Shown here: positions 1 to 13,415 of the stretch, piece by piece
Numbering within the stretch: the stretch's first letter is position 1
Layout: each line of letters starts with the position of its first letter
NCBI GenBank assembly: GCA_964016885.1
Contig: OZ024742.1
Location: 57,288,001-57,352,000, forward strand
Source of the DNA: Eledone cirrhosa
Taxonomy: Eukaryota
Length of the DNA stretch: 64,000 nucleotides
Reading direction: 5' to 3'
Program-made: the position numbers and the translations under genes
Notes under the pieces: generated by a model
Seen by the model: the letters and a program-made list of their open reading frames with translations, nothing else
The model's database searches: none
Told to the model about the DNA's origin: nothing

Positions 1-417
1 TGGTACGCTTTCATCAGATAAAATACAAAATTTGTTTTATAAATAGAGACATACCCATGAAAATCATACCTTATCGGTTGAAAATTCACTGGATAGTGGA
101 AATATATTAGGGCTTATTCAAACTTATGTGTGAATATGCAAATGAATATGTAAATAATTGAAAAACAACCGTTTAATTAAATGACACTGGAGAAAGAGGG
201 AGAGAAAAAATATAAGGGGATAAAGATATAAAATATTACGAGAGAGATAGAGAGAAGAAATAGACAAGAGAAGATAAATATAACGTTAATTTGGGGGAAA
301 TATATTCTAAGTATAAATCTAATATTATGTGTATTTACGATTATTATTTGTTTAAAATTCGTTTCTAATATAATATTTTCTGTTATAAGTAGATAGATAA
401 ATAAATAAACATATATA

Positions 418-448
<31 letters not shown>

Positions 449-1102
449 ATAGATAAATAGATAAATAAATGAATAGATGGGTATATCGTGTTATAGATAA
501 TTGTTTTAATGAGATATGAGGGATATTGGTTTTCTATTTAATGTAAGTAAATATTAAGTTAAATTAAATTAAATTAACTGAGTTAATAAGAATATTTATA
601 TTTATATATTTTAAAATGGGAAGATACGGAAAAACTCCAGTTTTGTTTATTTATTCGTTAGTATGAGACTATTTTGTCAAAATAAGTATAAATGTTGAAA
701 GATATATTTAGCCAGAATTAGTTAGTGGTTATAAATCTAATATTTTTTAAAATATTAAAAATTTGAGAAAATTTTTTCTTTTAAATAATTTATAAGAGAT
801 AAGTAATTTTTTTAAAATAAGTAATTTTTAAAAATGGATAAAAAATTAGAGAAATAAAAAATAAAGAATTAAAAATTATTAAGATTAAAATTACAATTAA
901 AATTTAAATTTAAATTTTTAAAAAATTAGAATTATATATGTATATATTTTATGAAACTTTAAGAAGTGAAATTATAGCAAATGTTATAGATATGATTTAG
1001 AGAAATCAATATATTAAAACCAAGTGGATAAGATTGTTATGGAATTAAGTAGAAATATTATAAGTGTAATTATAATTTATATATAGTTCTATAGTTATAT
1101 AT

Positions 1103-1642
1103 TTATCTATAGTTCAGACGATGTCTACAAGAATTAAATAAATTCGTTCTTAGATTAATAGAGTTCTTACATTTAAGTATGAAAGAAAATTCCTCAACAC
1201 ACAATTTGCAGAATCTAGATAAAACTGTGTTTCGGTACGCGGGTGCTTTTACGAAATTATTTCCCAAGTTAATGAAAAGTCCATATTTTTGCATTTTCCA
1301 TAACAGGTTTGAAAGAGAAGTTGAAGATTTTTGATCAAATCTTCTGAAAGAGAATTTGTGATTATTCCAGCGACTTTTAAATTCTGTAGAAGTTGCACCT
1401 ACATAGTTAAATATATTATCACTGGTTTTGACTGTACATTTATAGACCACGTCCTTATCTAAACACTTATTTTGTAAAGGACAGTTTAATTTAATTCTAC
1501 AGTTACATTTTGCGGAGTTGTTGTTATTCAGAACGGTACTATTATGTTGGATATTGCTAGAGATATTACTGCTATTTTGGTTATTTTGGTTAGGGTTTAA
1601 ATTTCTATTATTGATTCTATTTATGTTTTGTGCTATGTTCAT
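1103..1642 (-). pseudogene. PLE GIY-YIG endonuclease fragment
   Basis: Cys-rich linker followed by VVYKC..YVGAT..FKSRWNNH; frameshifts. Confidence 0.85.
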
Positions 1643-2023
1643 AGTAGTAGAGTAGGATAGGTTTATAGTACGTCTGTTAAAGATTGAGTGGTATCTGTTG
1701 CTTTAAAGAATAGCTTTGCTAAAGGTGTTTTAACTCTTAATGAGAATGGGGGTGAGTACCAAATAATATTTCTAGTTCTATTTCTTCTGTTAGTTTTAGA
1801 GTTTAAGTTAGATTTTTTATTATAATTATAATTAATAGTAGGGTTATTTGCCTTATTACTGCTGTCGATGTATTTAATCTTACTTATATAGCCTGCTCTA
1901 TTTAAAGCTTCATTATAATATTCTGCCTTATCTTCAAAAATGTTTTTATTAGCGGAGATGCGTGAAATACGTTGTTGGATAGAATTAACAATAGTGTTCT
2001 TGATAGATCTAGGATGATTAGAG

Positions 2024-2560
2024 TTAAAACTTACAGTTTAGATTCTCATAAATTTTATGGAATGGATAGTAGAGCCCTGTGTTAAGGTTTAATGTTACGT
2101 CTAAAAAGTTAACAATTTTATAGTTATTCTCTATTTCTAACTTAAGGTTGTAGCTATTGAAGAATTGTATTATGGATTTTCTTTTTCTATTAATTTCACA
2201 ATGACTATGATTTTCAATTAAAAGCAGCATATCATCACGATACAAACCACCGGTCATCTCTGGTATTTTTCTATGCAGTGTATTATTAATAAGATCCGTT
2301 ATTTGCGCCGAGTCTGATAATCCCATGGTGATATCAAAATTATTTTTTCTATCGGCTCTAGTCCAGAGATGATTGTTGAATTCAATTAAAGTTTTCCGTG
2401 CGGTTAAAATGATATGCATTTCTTCGCTAGATAAATCTGTATGTTTAGATGCATAGATAAGAGCTTTATTAAGTAAATTAGGAGTAATTGAGGAGTAGTA
2501 GTTTGCAATATCCAATTGAATGAAGTTTTTGTTATGTTTAAATGTTATGTTATTGAACAA
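2024..2560 (-). pseudogene. PLE reverse transcriptase fragment
   Basis: Catalytic YRDD motif; homologous to 3281..4003; frame broken downstream. Confidence 0.85.
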
Positions 2561-2620
2561 ATCTATAACTTCGTTAGTACTATTCCATAGTTTTAGGTAA
2601 GATATTTCTTTAAATTGCGG

Positions 2621-2745
2621 TATTTTTTCTCTCTCTCTTTCTCCGGTCTCATTTAAATAAACGGTTGTTTTTCAATTATTTACATATTCATTTGCATATT
2701 CACACATAAGTTTGAATAATCCCTAATATATTTCCACTATCCAGT
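2621..2745 (+). repeat. Inverted partial pLTR at the 5' end of the first PLE
   Basis: Near-exact reverse complement of 88-212; 5' inverted pLTR pieces are typical of PLE insertions. Confidence 0.85.
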
Positions 2746-3001
2746 CAAGTTTGCAATGTTCAACTGTTGAAAATTGCAAACTTGACTGTCACCACACATT
2801 ATGAACTTGAATATTGCGAAAGCATGAAAGTACTTGTTCAATTAACACTTAACATTTAATATTCTACCATACTATTTCATTCTAATACCATTATAAATTT
2901 TAAAGGATTGTAAATAAAACGAGTAAATCAGACAAAGTTGGAATTCCTTTTATTAATATAATCTTCTATACAAAATCATACACACCCGTGTATATTTATC
3001 T
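2742..3001 (+). mobile_element. Solo pLTR 3' end of the Naiad-like PLE family, with 23-bp fold-back head
   Basis: 2766-3001 closely matches 37352-37587; 2742-2764 is the inverse of 2766-2788; HHR core mutated to TTGAATA at 2807. Confidence 0.85.
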
Positions 3002-3175
3002 AATAATAAGTGCGAAGACTAAAATCCGAAGATCGGTCGATAAAAGGGTGAAAGCAGCGATTCCTTCTTCTTGTGACGTTAAACGCCGCCAGTTGCAGAC
3101 TGCGCATCAACATGAGATATTTTTCTCCGCAAAGTTCGATCGCCCAGTTAAATTAAATATGACAATAATAATAGG

Positions 3176-4638
3176 TTTATTCAACTTGATATAGCTAACT
3201 ATTATTCTTCTATTACCCCTAGTCTACTAAATAAGGCACTAAATTACGCATTCAAACATACGGACCTAACTAGCAAAGAAATGCATATTATATTATCGGC
3301 TAGGAAAACTTTGATAGAATTTAATGACAAATTATGGACCAGAGCAGATAGAGATAGCAATTTTGACATAACTATGGGATCTTCCGACTCAGCTCAGGTA
3401 ACTGACCTTGTGGGCTTATTTTTAATCAATTCGCTACATAGGAAAATACCTGGTACTACCGGAGGTTTATATAGGGATGACATGCTTTTACTTATTAATA
3501 ATAATAACCCTGAACTAAATAGAAAATGTAAACAAATTACAAAATTTTTTAATTACTTTAACCTTAAAATAGAAATTGAGAACAACCATAGAATAGTCAA
3601 TTTCCTAGATATAACATTAAATCTCAACACATGTCTCCACTATCCTTTTCAAAAGTTGAATGAAAACTTAAACTATGTCAACTTTAACTCTAACCACCCC
3701 AGATCTGTCAAAAACACTATAGTAAACTCAGTCCAAAAACGTATCTCTAGGATCTCGTCGAATAGAAAGATTTTTGACGAAAAGGCCCAATACTATAATG
3801 ATGCACTAGCTAGGGCAGGGTATGCTGATAAGATTGTGTACATAGATAATGATAGACAAACTAAACAAAGTAACAACTTTTTTAATTACGGCAACAACAT
3901 TAACAACTATAATAGAAAGCATTACAATAATTCCAAAGGACAAAAAAGAAATAGAACTAGGAACATAATTTGGTTTGCCCCCCCCCCCCCCCTTTCTCAC
4001 TAAACATTAAAACCCACATCGCTAAATTATTTTTCAAAGCTCTTGATAATCGCTTCCCTAGAACACATAGGTATCACTCAATCTTCAATAGGCATACAAT
4101 TAAATTAACCTACTCATCCACCAAAAATTTAGCACAAAATATTAATAGAATAAATAATAGGAACTTAAAACCTACTGATAATAGCATAAATAATATACAA
4201 GTTAACAAATGTAACTGTAGAGATAGATCTAAATGTCCGTTAAATAACAACTGCTTAGTTAAAAATATAGTATACAATTGTAATGTTAATACTGACTCTA
4301 ATTCTTTTAACTACGTCGGTTCCACATCGACGGAATTTAAACTTCGCTATAATAACCACAAGAATTCTTTCACAGATCCAAATAAAAAATCTTCAACGGC
4401 ACTATCAGGGGTACTCTGGCAACTTAAGCTAGATAACGTTAGATATTCGACGGCTTGGAATATAGTCTCAAGAGGGATTCCTTTTAATTCATCCTCTGAG
4501 ACATGTGACCTCTGCGCAGAGGAGATATTCTTTATACTAAAATCTAAAAATTCCCTTAACCTACGGACAAATTTATTCAGTTGTTGCAAACATAGATTAA
4601 ACTCAACGTTTAAATATAAATTTAAATTTAAAATGTAG
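3176..4638 (+). pseudogene. PLE RT-GIY-YIG polyprotein (partial), one frameshift at a C15 run (3978-3992)
   Basis: GLYRDD, SNHP, WFAPPFS, CNCRDRSKCPL, IVY..YVG, CDLC. Confidence 0.88.
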
Positions 4639-5758
4639 TATATTTAGTTTGATTTATATTTATATGAGAACTAGCCGATAAATCTTTTGATTCCTAAATC
4701 TTTGATTCCCTCTTTTTACTCTTTTTATTGTTTATTTTATTTTATTTATTTTTATTTTTATCTAAACATTCCTCATGAAAAATTAAGCTACCCTAAAAGC
4801 CGATGCTCCAAATTTTTTGAATTAACCTTACACTAGATAAACTTCTATATTAAATATAGGAACATATGTAGACATTATTGGACATCATAATCTTTTTGCG
4901 ATATTCTTTGCTAGATGTGATTTGATAGATAATTTTTGGCTTTGTCTTGTAATGAACTTGGCAATATATTGTCAATTAACTTTGAAGGGTTGTTCTTTGT
5001 GGTTTATTTTTATTTTCATTTTTATTTTTATTTTTATTTTTATTTTTATTTTTATTTTTATTTTTATTTTTATTTTTATTTTTATTTTTATTTATTTTTA
5101 TTTTTATTCTTTTAGTATTGTAGTATTCTATAATAATTTTTATTTTTTATTTTATTTTTAATATTTTTATATGTAAATTTTTAATACGTAATATTTTTTA
5201 ATACGTAGTATTTTTAATATGCAATATTTTTATTATGTAATATTCTTTCGTAATATTTTTTTAGTCTTCTATTCTATATTTTTATATATTTTTTACTTAT
5301 TATTATTATTATTGTTATCTTTGTTTATAATATAATATATATTTTCGATTAGTATATTGAAATCTGCTCTCTATTTCTGCTTGATAGATAATCTTGTAGA
5401 GTAATCGCAAGAATAATAATACGCTCAAATTTTTATACCACATTGAGAATGTTTTCCGGTAACCTAGAGTTTGCGGAGTGAATCAGTTGGATTCACATTG
5501 ATGTTTGTAGCTGTCACATAAACATATGAATTTTTTAAAACTAAACATAAGATAATGAATTTTCACACATTGTGAATACTTGTTTCATTCAGGAATACTG
5601 ATATTTACAATATAGTGTAAGTTTTATAAATACTAATACATTAAAACATAGGGTTTTCTACGCCTCGAATATGTCTGGCTATTTTTAAATTTTTTTTCTC
5701 TCTCTATATCTCTCTGTATCTCTCTATATATCTCCCTTACATTAATACTTGAGCGAAA

Positions 5759-5789
<31 letters not shown>

Positions 5790-6149
5790 ATGTATCATTG
5801 ATACACTTACTCAAAATGACCTCCCACTACCTAATTTTCTATATATATATATGTATCTATCTCTATTTCCTCTCTCTATATATATATATATCTCTTTCTG
5901 TCTCTTTACATGAAGCTCTTCGCTTTATCTATTTTTCCATCTCTCTATTTTGTCCCATGCATTTCTTCTTTTTCTTTTTCTTCTTTTTCTTCCTTTTCTT
6001 CGTTTTGTCTTTCTTTCTTTCTTTTTTCCCTCTTTTCTTTCTCTCTTTCTTTCTCTCTGTATTTTCACTGCTAGCGTAAACCTCTTCAAATGAAGTTGAT
6101 GTTTATTACGGTATGTCGAATATATTTATCTATAAAACTGTTTATATTG

Positions 6150-6215
6150 TATTTTGTCTGATGAAGGCATAGCATATTGTTAATATGATATCCCCGAAAT
6201 ATATATAATGAAATA
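6150..6215 (+). ncRNA. Minimal type I hammerhead ribozyme in PLE pLTR
   Basis: tattttgt-CTGATGA-stem II (aggcatagcatatt/aatatgatatcccc, with mismatches)-GAAA-t(atat)a-TA-atgaaata; 8-bp stem I with two GU pairs. Confidence 0.75.
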
Positions 6216-6343
6216 GATATGGTTTTATAAATATAGTTTTCCATTTATTTAATATTGTAAATATACTCCAAATATTTGTCGAGTGCTTTTATATCAGTTA
6301 TAAATATTTACTAGTTGTAACCCAACAATTTTAAATATAACTT

Positions 6344-6381
<38 letters not shown>

Positions 6382-7435
6382 GTGTGTACATACATATGTT
6401 ATATAATCACCAATGTCCAATATAATACAGTACCTGTACCCTCTCGAGCTTAATGTTTACGACGAGAAATAACCCTGTTAATAAAATCAGAAATGAACTC
6501 ACTGTTGAGACATTTAAGGTAACATATAATTCTTTTCTATCTCAAATCGCTGCTTATAATGTCTAAAACCATTTCGTATAGATAAATACTCTATATTCAT
6601 TATATACTAATATATATTGAGTGTCTGGCTAGATTTCTGCGATAAGTATAATTGTCGTTCATGAATACAAAATCTGATTTATGAGATATGGCATGGTTGT
6701 TGATAATATAGTTGCATACTTCCACAAATGTCTCACATGGGAAGCAGAAAAGTTAGATATTTACTGCTTGAGAACATATTCAAGAACAAGAACAAGAAGA
6801 TGCTCTAAATGATAAATTAATAAATATAAAAACAGAAAAAGAAATTAAACAATACGTAAAAATATGAAATATATATTCCTTCTCGTTCTACATACAAAGA
6901 AACAATAAAAAATATAAGCGATCTAAGAATCATTTTTGGTGCAGATGCCTGAATATTTTCGTTATATTTATGCTGGTGTTTTTAATATTTCCTTTCAGTC
7001 AATTTATATATCGAATTTGTCGATGGTGTCAGAGCAATATTTCCTTGCCTCTCTGCAAAACGTAATCATATTTTGGAAGAAAAGCACATGAGAACGAAAT
7101 TTCATTTTGCCTTTATATATATGTGTGTGTGTGTGTGCGCGTGTGTGTGCGCGACACGCGCGCGTATATGTGTGTGTGTTTGTTTGTGAATAATTCTGCC
7201 TTCATTTGGGATTTTGCTTTTATTTGTTGCTGTTTGCCACCGCCCTAAATGATAACGCAAGACCAATTACGTAAGGGTTATGTAACAATAAACCAAATAA
7301 AAGAAAATTAAAATATATTCGTGTGTGTGTTAGTGTGTTAGTGTGTATCTGTGTATGTGCCAGTATATGTTACTGTTTGCATATATGTATGAATATATAT
7401 ATGTGTGTGTGTGTGTGTATGTGAATATATATATA

Positions 7436-7513
<78 letters not shown>

Positions 7514-7850
7514 TACAATATATAATAGAATATATATTTTATATTTTTCATTCGACAATAAATTTCTAAGATATTTTTCTCTAAGGGTTTTCAGAATCTA
7601 ATTCTATCTAATTCAATGAGGAAGTGAAATAGCATAACTTTTTTGCGCACAATTTCTTGAGTAAATTTAATGAAATGACATAAGGTAAATTCTCAGAGGA
7701 ATATTAAATTTTATATATAAATAATACGAGCAATAAAAAGGAATAAACTTCAGCAGTATAACAGGTGTAATGTATATGTAGGTGATATTTATTGAGCTGC
7801 TTATATGTATGTATTTATGTATGCAAATATGTATTTCTCCATACACACAC

Positions 7851-7884
<34 letters not shown>

Positions 7885-8024
7885 TGTTGTTGTTGTTGCT
7901 GTTGTTGTGTGTGTGTGTGTGTGTGTGTGTGTACGCGCGTGCGTGTGTGTGTGAGCATTTTACATTCATAGAAACGACTATATAAATCTATAAATTGTAC
8001 ACACATACACTCGCGCACACACAC

Positions 8025-8105
<81 letters not shown>

Positions 8106-8724
8106 AATGTATGTATATATATATATATACACATATATATGTGTGTGTGTATGTATGTATATATATACACTTATATAATTTACATATATATATGTACATA
8201 TATGCATACATACATGCATACATACATATAAGTATACATATATGTGCATTCTCATATTGAAGATTAACTGATGTATATTGAATTATCAAGAAAAGAAGTT
8301 AAAAAGTGTTAAACAAAAAGTTTCTTTTTTTTTTAAAGTACTTAATAGAAAGAGCTGTGGGGAAGAGAAGAAAGCAATAATCATGTTGGGTTATAGAGGG
8401 AGTAATTATGGAAATGTGCTTCTGAAGGTTTTTAGGGGAAATTCTCACCTTCAGATGTATGAAATCTGTCTATTTATTCACGAAGATTTTCTTCATCTTG
8501 TAAGCATTAATTTATGAATATTAATGCAAGGTGTAGTAACTCCGTAAGGAATTACTAATGTGTGTTTACACCTCACATCAGCTGATGTCATACATAGACT
8601 TTGTCGTTGAAATATTACTTCTATACACTTTTGTTTTATTTTAAATTATTTTTATATATTTTTGCGGAGACTGTAACAACAATTATTACATATTTGCACA
8701 TGTATGTGTATATATATATATGTA

Positions 8725-8895
8725 TGTGTGTGTGTGTGTGTGTATGTGTGTATGTGTATGTATATATATATAGACATTTATATATCTGTGTGTTGTGTGT
8801 GTATATATATGTATATATATTTATATATATATATATAAATATATATACATATATATACACACACAACACACAGATATATAAATGTCTATATATAT

Positions 8896-8928
<33 letters not shown>
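8725..8928. repeat. About 200-bp low-complexity palindrome centred on (TA)n
   Basis: tagacatttatatatctgtgtgttgtg is mirrored by cacaacacacagatatataaatgtcta. Confidence 0.85.
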
Positions 8929-8929
<1 letters not shown>

Positions 8930-9007
8930 CATCCTATATATATATATATAGGGTGGGGGGGATGTATAAATATACATGTGTGTATTAGTGTTAAGTGCTA
9001 TAATAGT

Positions 9008-9187
9008 AATTGTTTCTACTTTTGGCACAAGACCAGCAATTACCCAGTACATTACTACTACTTTATTTTATCGACCACCCGTAAGGATGAAAGGCAAAGT
9101 TAACCTCGACGGGATTTGAACTCAGACCGTAAAGGGACGTAACTATGCTAGAAAGCGTGGCGTCCAACCCTCTACCGATACTGCCAA
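9008..9187 (-). mobile_element. tRNA-derived SINE, family A
   Basis: Reverse complement of the copies at 24544-24718 and 60316-60495. Confidence 0.85.
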
Positions 9188-9480
9188 TTCACCTAGTAAT
9201 ATTACTCATACAGGTTTAGAGACAAGAAAAGCCAGAAATTTTGAGGCAGTGGGGAGGAAGATATTGATTAAATCGATCCCACTAATTGGGTGTTATTCTT
9301 TTATATTTTATCGACCTCAGGAAGATTTAAAAAGGTGGAGTTGAAGTCTGGGGTGCATTCATGAGCGAGGTGCGAGAATATCTAATGCTAGATATTTTGT
9401 GCAGTATTCTAATGTTCTTTTTTTCTCAATTTCCAGGTAGGTATTGCTTATATATACATTGTCATAAGTATGTTTGTGAA

Positions 9481-9665
9481 GGCGCAAGGTCTGGACGTTA
9501 GGGTGTTGGATTTACGATAGTAATATCATGGCTTCCATTCCTGGACCGGGTTAGCGTTGGGTTCTTGAGAAAAATCACTGGCGTCCTGTCCAAGGGTGAG
9601 TCTTGTATTCTCAGTCGCTTAACGCGACTAGTGTTAAATACCGGCCTAGTGAGCCTCCAAGCTTG
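9481..9665 (+). mobile_element. tRNA-derived SINE, family B
   Basis: tRNA-like head; homologous to 43725-43930 (-); related heads at about 12716, 14176, 20829 and 43360. Confidence 0.6.
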
Positions 9666-9681
9666 AGGTAGTGGTGGTAGT

Positions 9682-9713
<32 letters not shown>

Positions 9714-11131
9714 TGGTGATGTCATTGCCAGTCGTATTGGTGGTAGCTGTGGTGATTATGATGGTGATGTCATTGCCAGTCGTATTGTTTACTCTGTGCG
9801 TGTTGTTTGTTCATTCGTTTGTTTGTTTTTGTTTTTGTTTTGTTTCTTTCTTTTTTCATTTCAATTGATGTTTTTAACACTCTTCGTTTTGTGATTTCCA
9901 TTGTGCAACTCTAATTATTTATGCTTGGGGCTCTATCTGTTTGCTTAATTATCACGTTTATTTTTTCTGTGTTTGTGTTAGAAAATAATTGGAGGCTTAA
10001 TTGTTTACGCTATGGAGGCTATTGCTATCTCTAATATAAAGAGCACATAGACCATCATGTCCAACCACAAATAACATTACAAATGACTACCGTGCAAAAA
10101 TATTTATGCTTAAAAGTAATGTTAGGAGTTGCATATTTTGTCCACCCAAGTCTAATGGAGGAGGAGGGCCGAACGCAACTTCTCCTCTATGTGGTGATCA
10201 CCGGGAGAGCATTTGTTACAATGCTTTGACTACCGTTAAAAAATGTGGATGAACAAAGTCCCTTTCCAGGATCGGAAAGGATTCTTTGCGATATCTGTGT
10301 AATTTGAATTCAAATCTCGCCTTCTGTCATTGGAAATACAATGACACATCTACCATGAATTACCATCAGCAGATAGTATCATCAATGAAAAGACCAATAG
10401 AAACATCGTATCCTTTATCCGTTCTAATGACAAACAGATAGTATCATAAATGGAAAGACAAATTGAAACATCATTTCCTTGGTCCGATGTGCTAGTTAGC
10501 TCCTTTCCCTACATTTTCGCTTAAACATGAATCCAGCTTTATCAGTAGATTATCTACGTTTATTTACAAAGAATGCAATTAACTTCCCACATTCTGGAAA
10601 TTTGTCACATTTTATCTCACGGATTGTCTTCTTAAATATTTCTTCTATTTAATCAACATCTTCGAAGCTGTGTGATTAAATTCGGATTTAAATGACATCC
10701 ACCATTCTTCATCTGCAAATAAGTTCTGGAATATTCGCCTTCACGTTGAACCAGAGGTGGAATGTCATGTCGGCAACCAAATTGCATCACAGATATTCTT
10801 CTACGGTAATAGCATTAAAACGTTATTTCATTGAAACAGCTTTTCCTAACAACGTTGTTAGGAGAGTATATGTATAGTATTAAAACTAAATCGATCACAG
10901 ATGATACTGCAAAGAAATACTTTACAATCAGCAAAGTTTGCCAACGAAAATCCATTGTCTCTATGACTGTATGTATAACTGGCTGTCGCGTTTGTTTGTG
11001 AGTATATTTGGTTTATGTGCTATAATATAATATAATATATATGTGCGTGTGTGCATGTGTGTATGTCTGTATATACTATTGTATGTGTATATATATATCT
11101 ATATATATACATTAGTATATACAGACATATA

Positions 11132-11291
<160 letters not shown>

Positions 11292-11298
11292 TATATGT

Positions 11299-11401
<103 letters not shown>

Positions 11402-11409
11402 TATACTAA

Positions 11410-11437
<28 letters not shown>

Positions 11438-11440
<3 letters not shown>

Positions 11441-11679
11441 TATCTCCAAAGAAATACGGTTTTAGGAAGCCGTAGCTATGCAAATACCGGGGGCTAACGT
11501 CCTCTGGTGATGCCCAGTTAAGCCTGAAATGCATAGACGGTTGTTCCCCTTGCTTCTGCTGAACATCACCAGAGGGTGTTTGCATAGCTTCGCCTTCCTA
11601 AAACCGTATTTCTTTGGAGATACGAAATATTTATATAAATTGTATAAAGTTATGCTTGAAACGAAATCCTATTTCTTTT
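11438..11679 (+). mobile_element. (TA)n-embedded fold-back element with degenerate HHR
   Basis: 11438-11470 is inverted at 11594-11625; CTGGTGA..GAAA-tgca-TA; shares ttccccttgcttctgc with about 36406. Confidence 0.6.
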
Positions 11680-11681
11680 AT

Positions 11682-11821
<140 letters not shown>

Positions 11822-13254
11822 ATTAGACCGCGGCGCCAAGTGGTTACGGTTTGTGTGTTCAGCAAGCCTATATAGTGTGTATGTGTGTCGTGTGGGGGGG
11901 GGGTGCACATGTGTTTGTGTGTATATATATATGTGTGTGTGTGTACTTTTAGAAAAAGTTGGGTTTTTTGTTTGACTTGTGGGCAGTTACACAAATCGTA
12001 ACGATTTACAACTTTGTTTCATTTCAGCAATATATTTTCAATACAATATGTTGATTTTCATATTTCTTTCAGTTGCTAACTTGCATTAAATGAACATTAA
12101 AGCAGTAAGATGTCAATTCATTGTATTATATTATCAGTTGTGCATTTGAAAAACTGCTTTATCGTTCAATTGCATTAAATGAACAGCGAAGCATCAGCAA
12201 ATTACATTAAATGAGTGTTGGTGGGTCCCTGTATAATATTATTTGTAGATTGGCAAAGCAGAATGCTGCTATATTACATTGGCATGGCCATTTATTCTAT
12301 TATATGAACACCGCAATACCGAGATTACATGAGATAGATTATCTTGGAAAGGTATCACTACATTACATTAGACAACATGTGGGAATAATACTACTAATAA
12401 TAATATCACCACCACTGTTAATACTGTTACTAATACTACCACCACTATTACCGCCACTATTACCACTACTACTACTGTTACTACTAATAATACTACCACC
12501 ACCACTATTAATAATATTACAACCACCATTACTACTACTACTACTACTACCACTACTACTACTACTACTACTACTATTACTACTAATAGTAATACAAGAC
12601 TGGCTGATGTTTTTATTCTGGTTACAGGTAGACGTAACATACAAAACCTTTACGTTCCTTCAACTTTTAAATTGAAAATAGTTTGAATATACTGAAGGCT
12701 AGTATAAATGAATACAGCCTGGCCGAATTGTTAAAGAGTTTGTTTGGCAATCATTAGGTCCTGGGTTCTGTCCCACCACATGATATCTTGTGTAAGTGTT
12801 CACCAAACTCTTGTGATTAAAATTGGATAACAAAAATTGTTTGGAAGTCAGTTGGTTGTACTGTATCCGTAATTCAAAGGACTAGCTTTGGCACACACTG
12901 TTTCATGTCGAATCTCACTGAGAATTACCTTAAGGGTATGTGTGTCTTTGAAAATGATCGCCGCCTTACACTGTAATTTCATTAGCCGATCAGTCCGTTG
13001 AACGAACTAATGGAACACTCACTTGTGAAACCGATGGATGTCCATCGATTATTAGAACAACAAATATTTGATATATTGTCCTAAAACCATAAATTTTAGA
13101 GGGTCGAATCAATGTTGGTGAAGAGGTTCTGAACCCTGATCACATGACCAAAGCTTTTGCTTTCTTATGGCCGCGACTATCTACCTAAATATATAACGGA
13201 TACATCTAATATCGACCCTAGAACTGTGAAAGACAAACTTGAAGTAGGCAAATA

Positions 13255-13415
13255 TTGGATATAGATAGGGTGTTATCGATTTAATTAACTTCGTACTTAA
13301 TTCGTACTTATGTTATCGGCCTATAAAGGATGGAAGGCAGTAAATTGGTAAAGTGAAACTCGTCGTAATTTGAACTCAAAGTGTAAAGGGACGTAACTAA
13401 ATACCACAAGATATC
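13255..13415 (-). mobile_element. SINE family A, diverged copy
   Basis: ttatcg..aaggatggaaggcag..atttgaactca..taaagggacgtaacta. Confidence 0.65.

Larger units (their letters stand above)
1..2620 (-). mobile_element. Penelope-like element (Nematis-like), 5'-truncated and frameshifted, with long AT-rich 3' UTR/pLTR running off the window start
   Basis: RT fragment 2024..2560 (FIQLDIANYY, FDITMG, GLYRDD, VNFLDVTLNL). GIY-YIG fragment 1103..1642 (CNCR-CPL-CL, VVY..YVG, FKSRWNNHK, CKLC, CRH). HHR core CTGATGA on minus strand at 11-17. Clade assigned from remembered motif pattern. Confidence 0.9.
3176..6348 (+). mobile_element. Penelope-like element (Nematis-like), 5'-truncated, ending in (TA)n
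   Basis: Frame open from FIQLDIANYY (3176) through RT 3281..4003, then GIY-YIG 3970..4638. About 1.7 kb 3' UTR with HHR at 6150-6215. Confidence 0.92.

Noticed and set aside
10330-10890. Possible Tc1/IS630 transposase remnant on the minus strand
   Set aside because: Only a DKAGF-like word and a 65-bp duplication; no TIR or continuous frame
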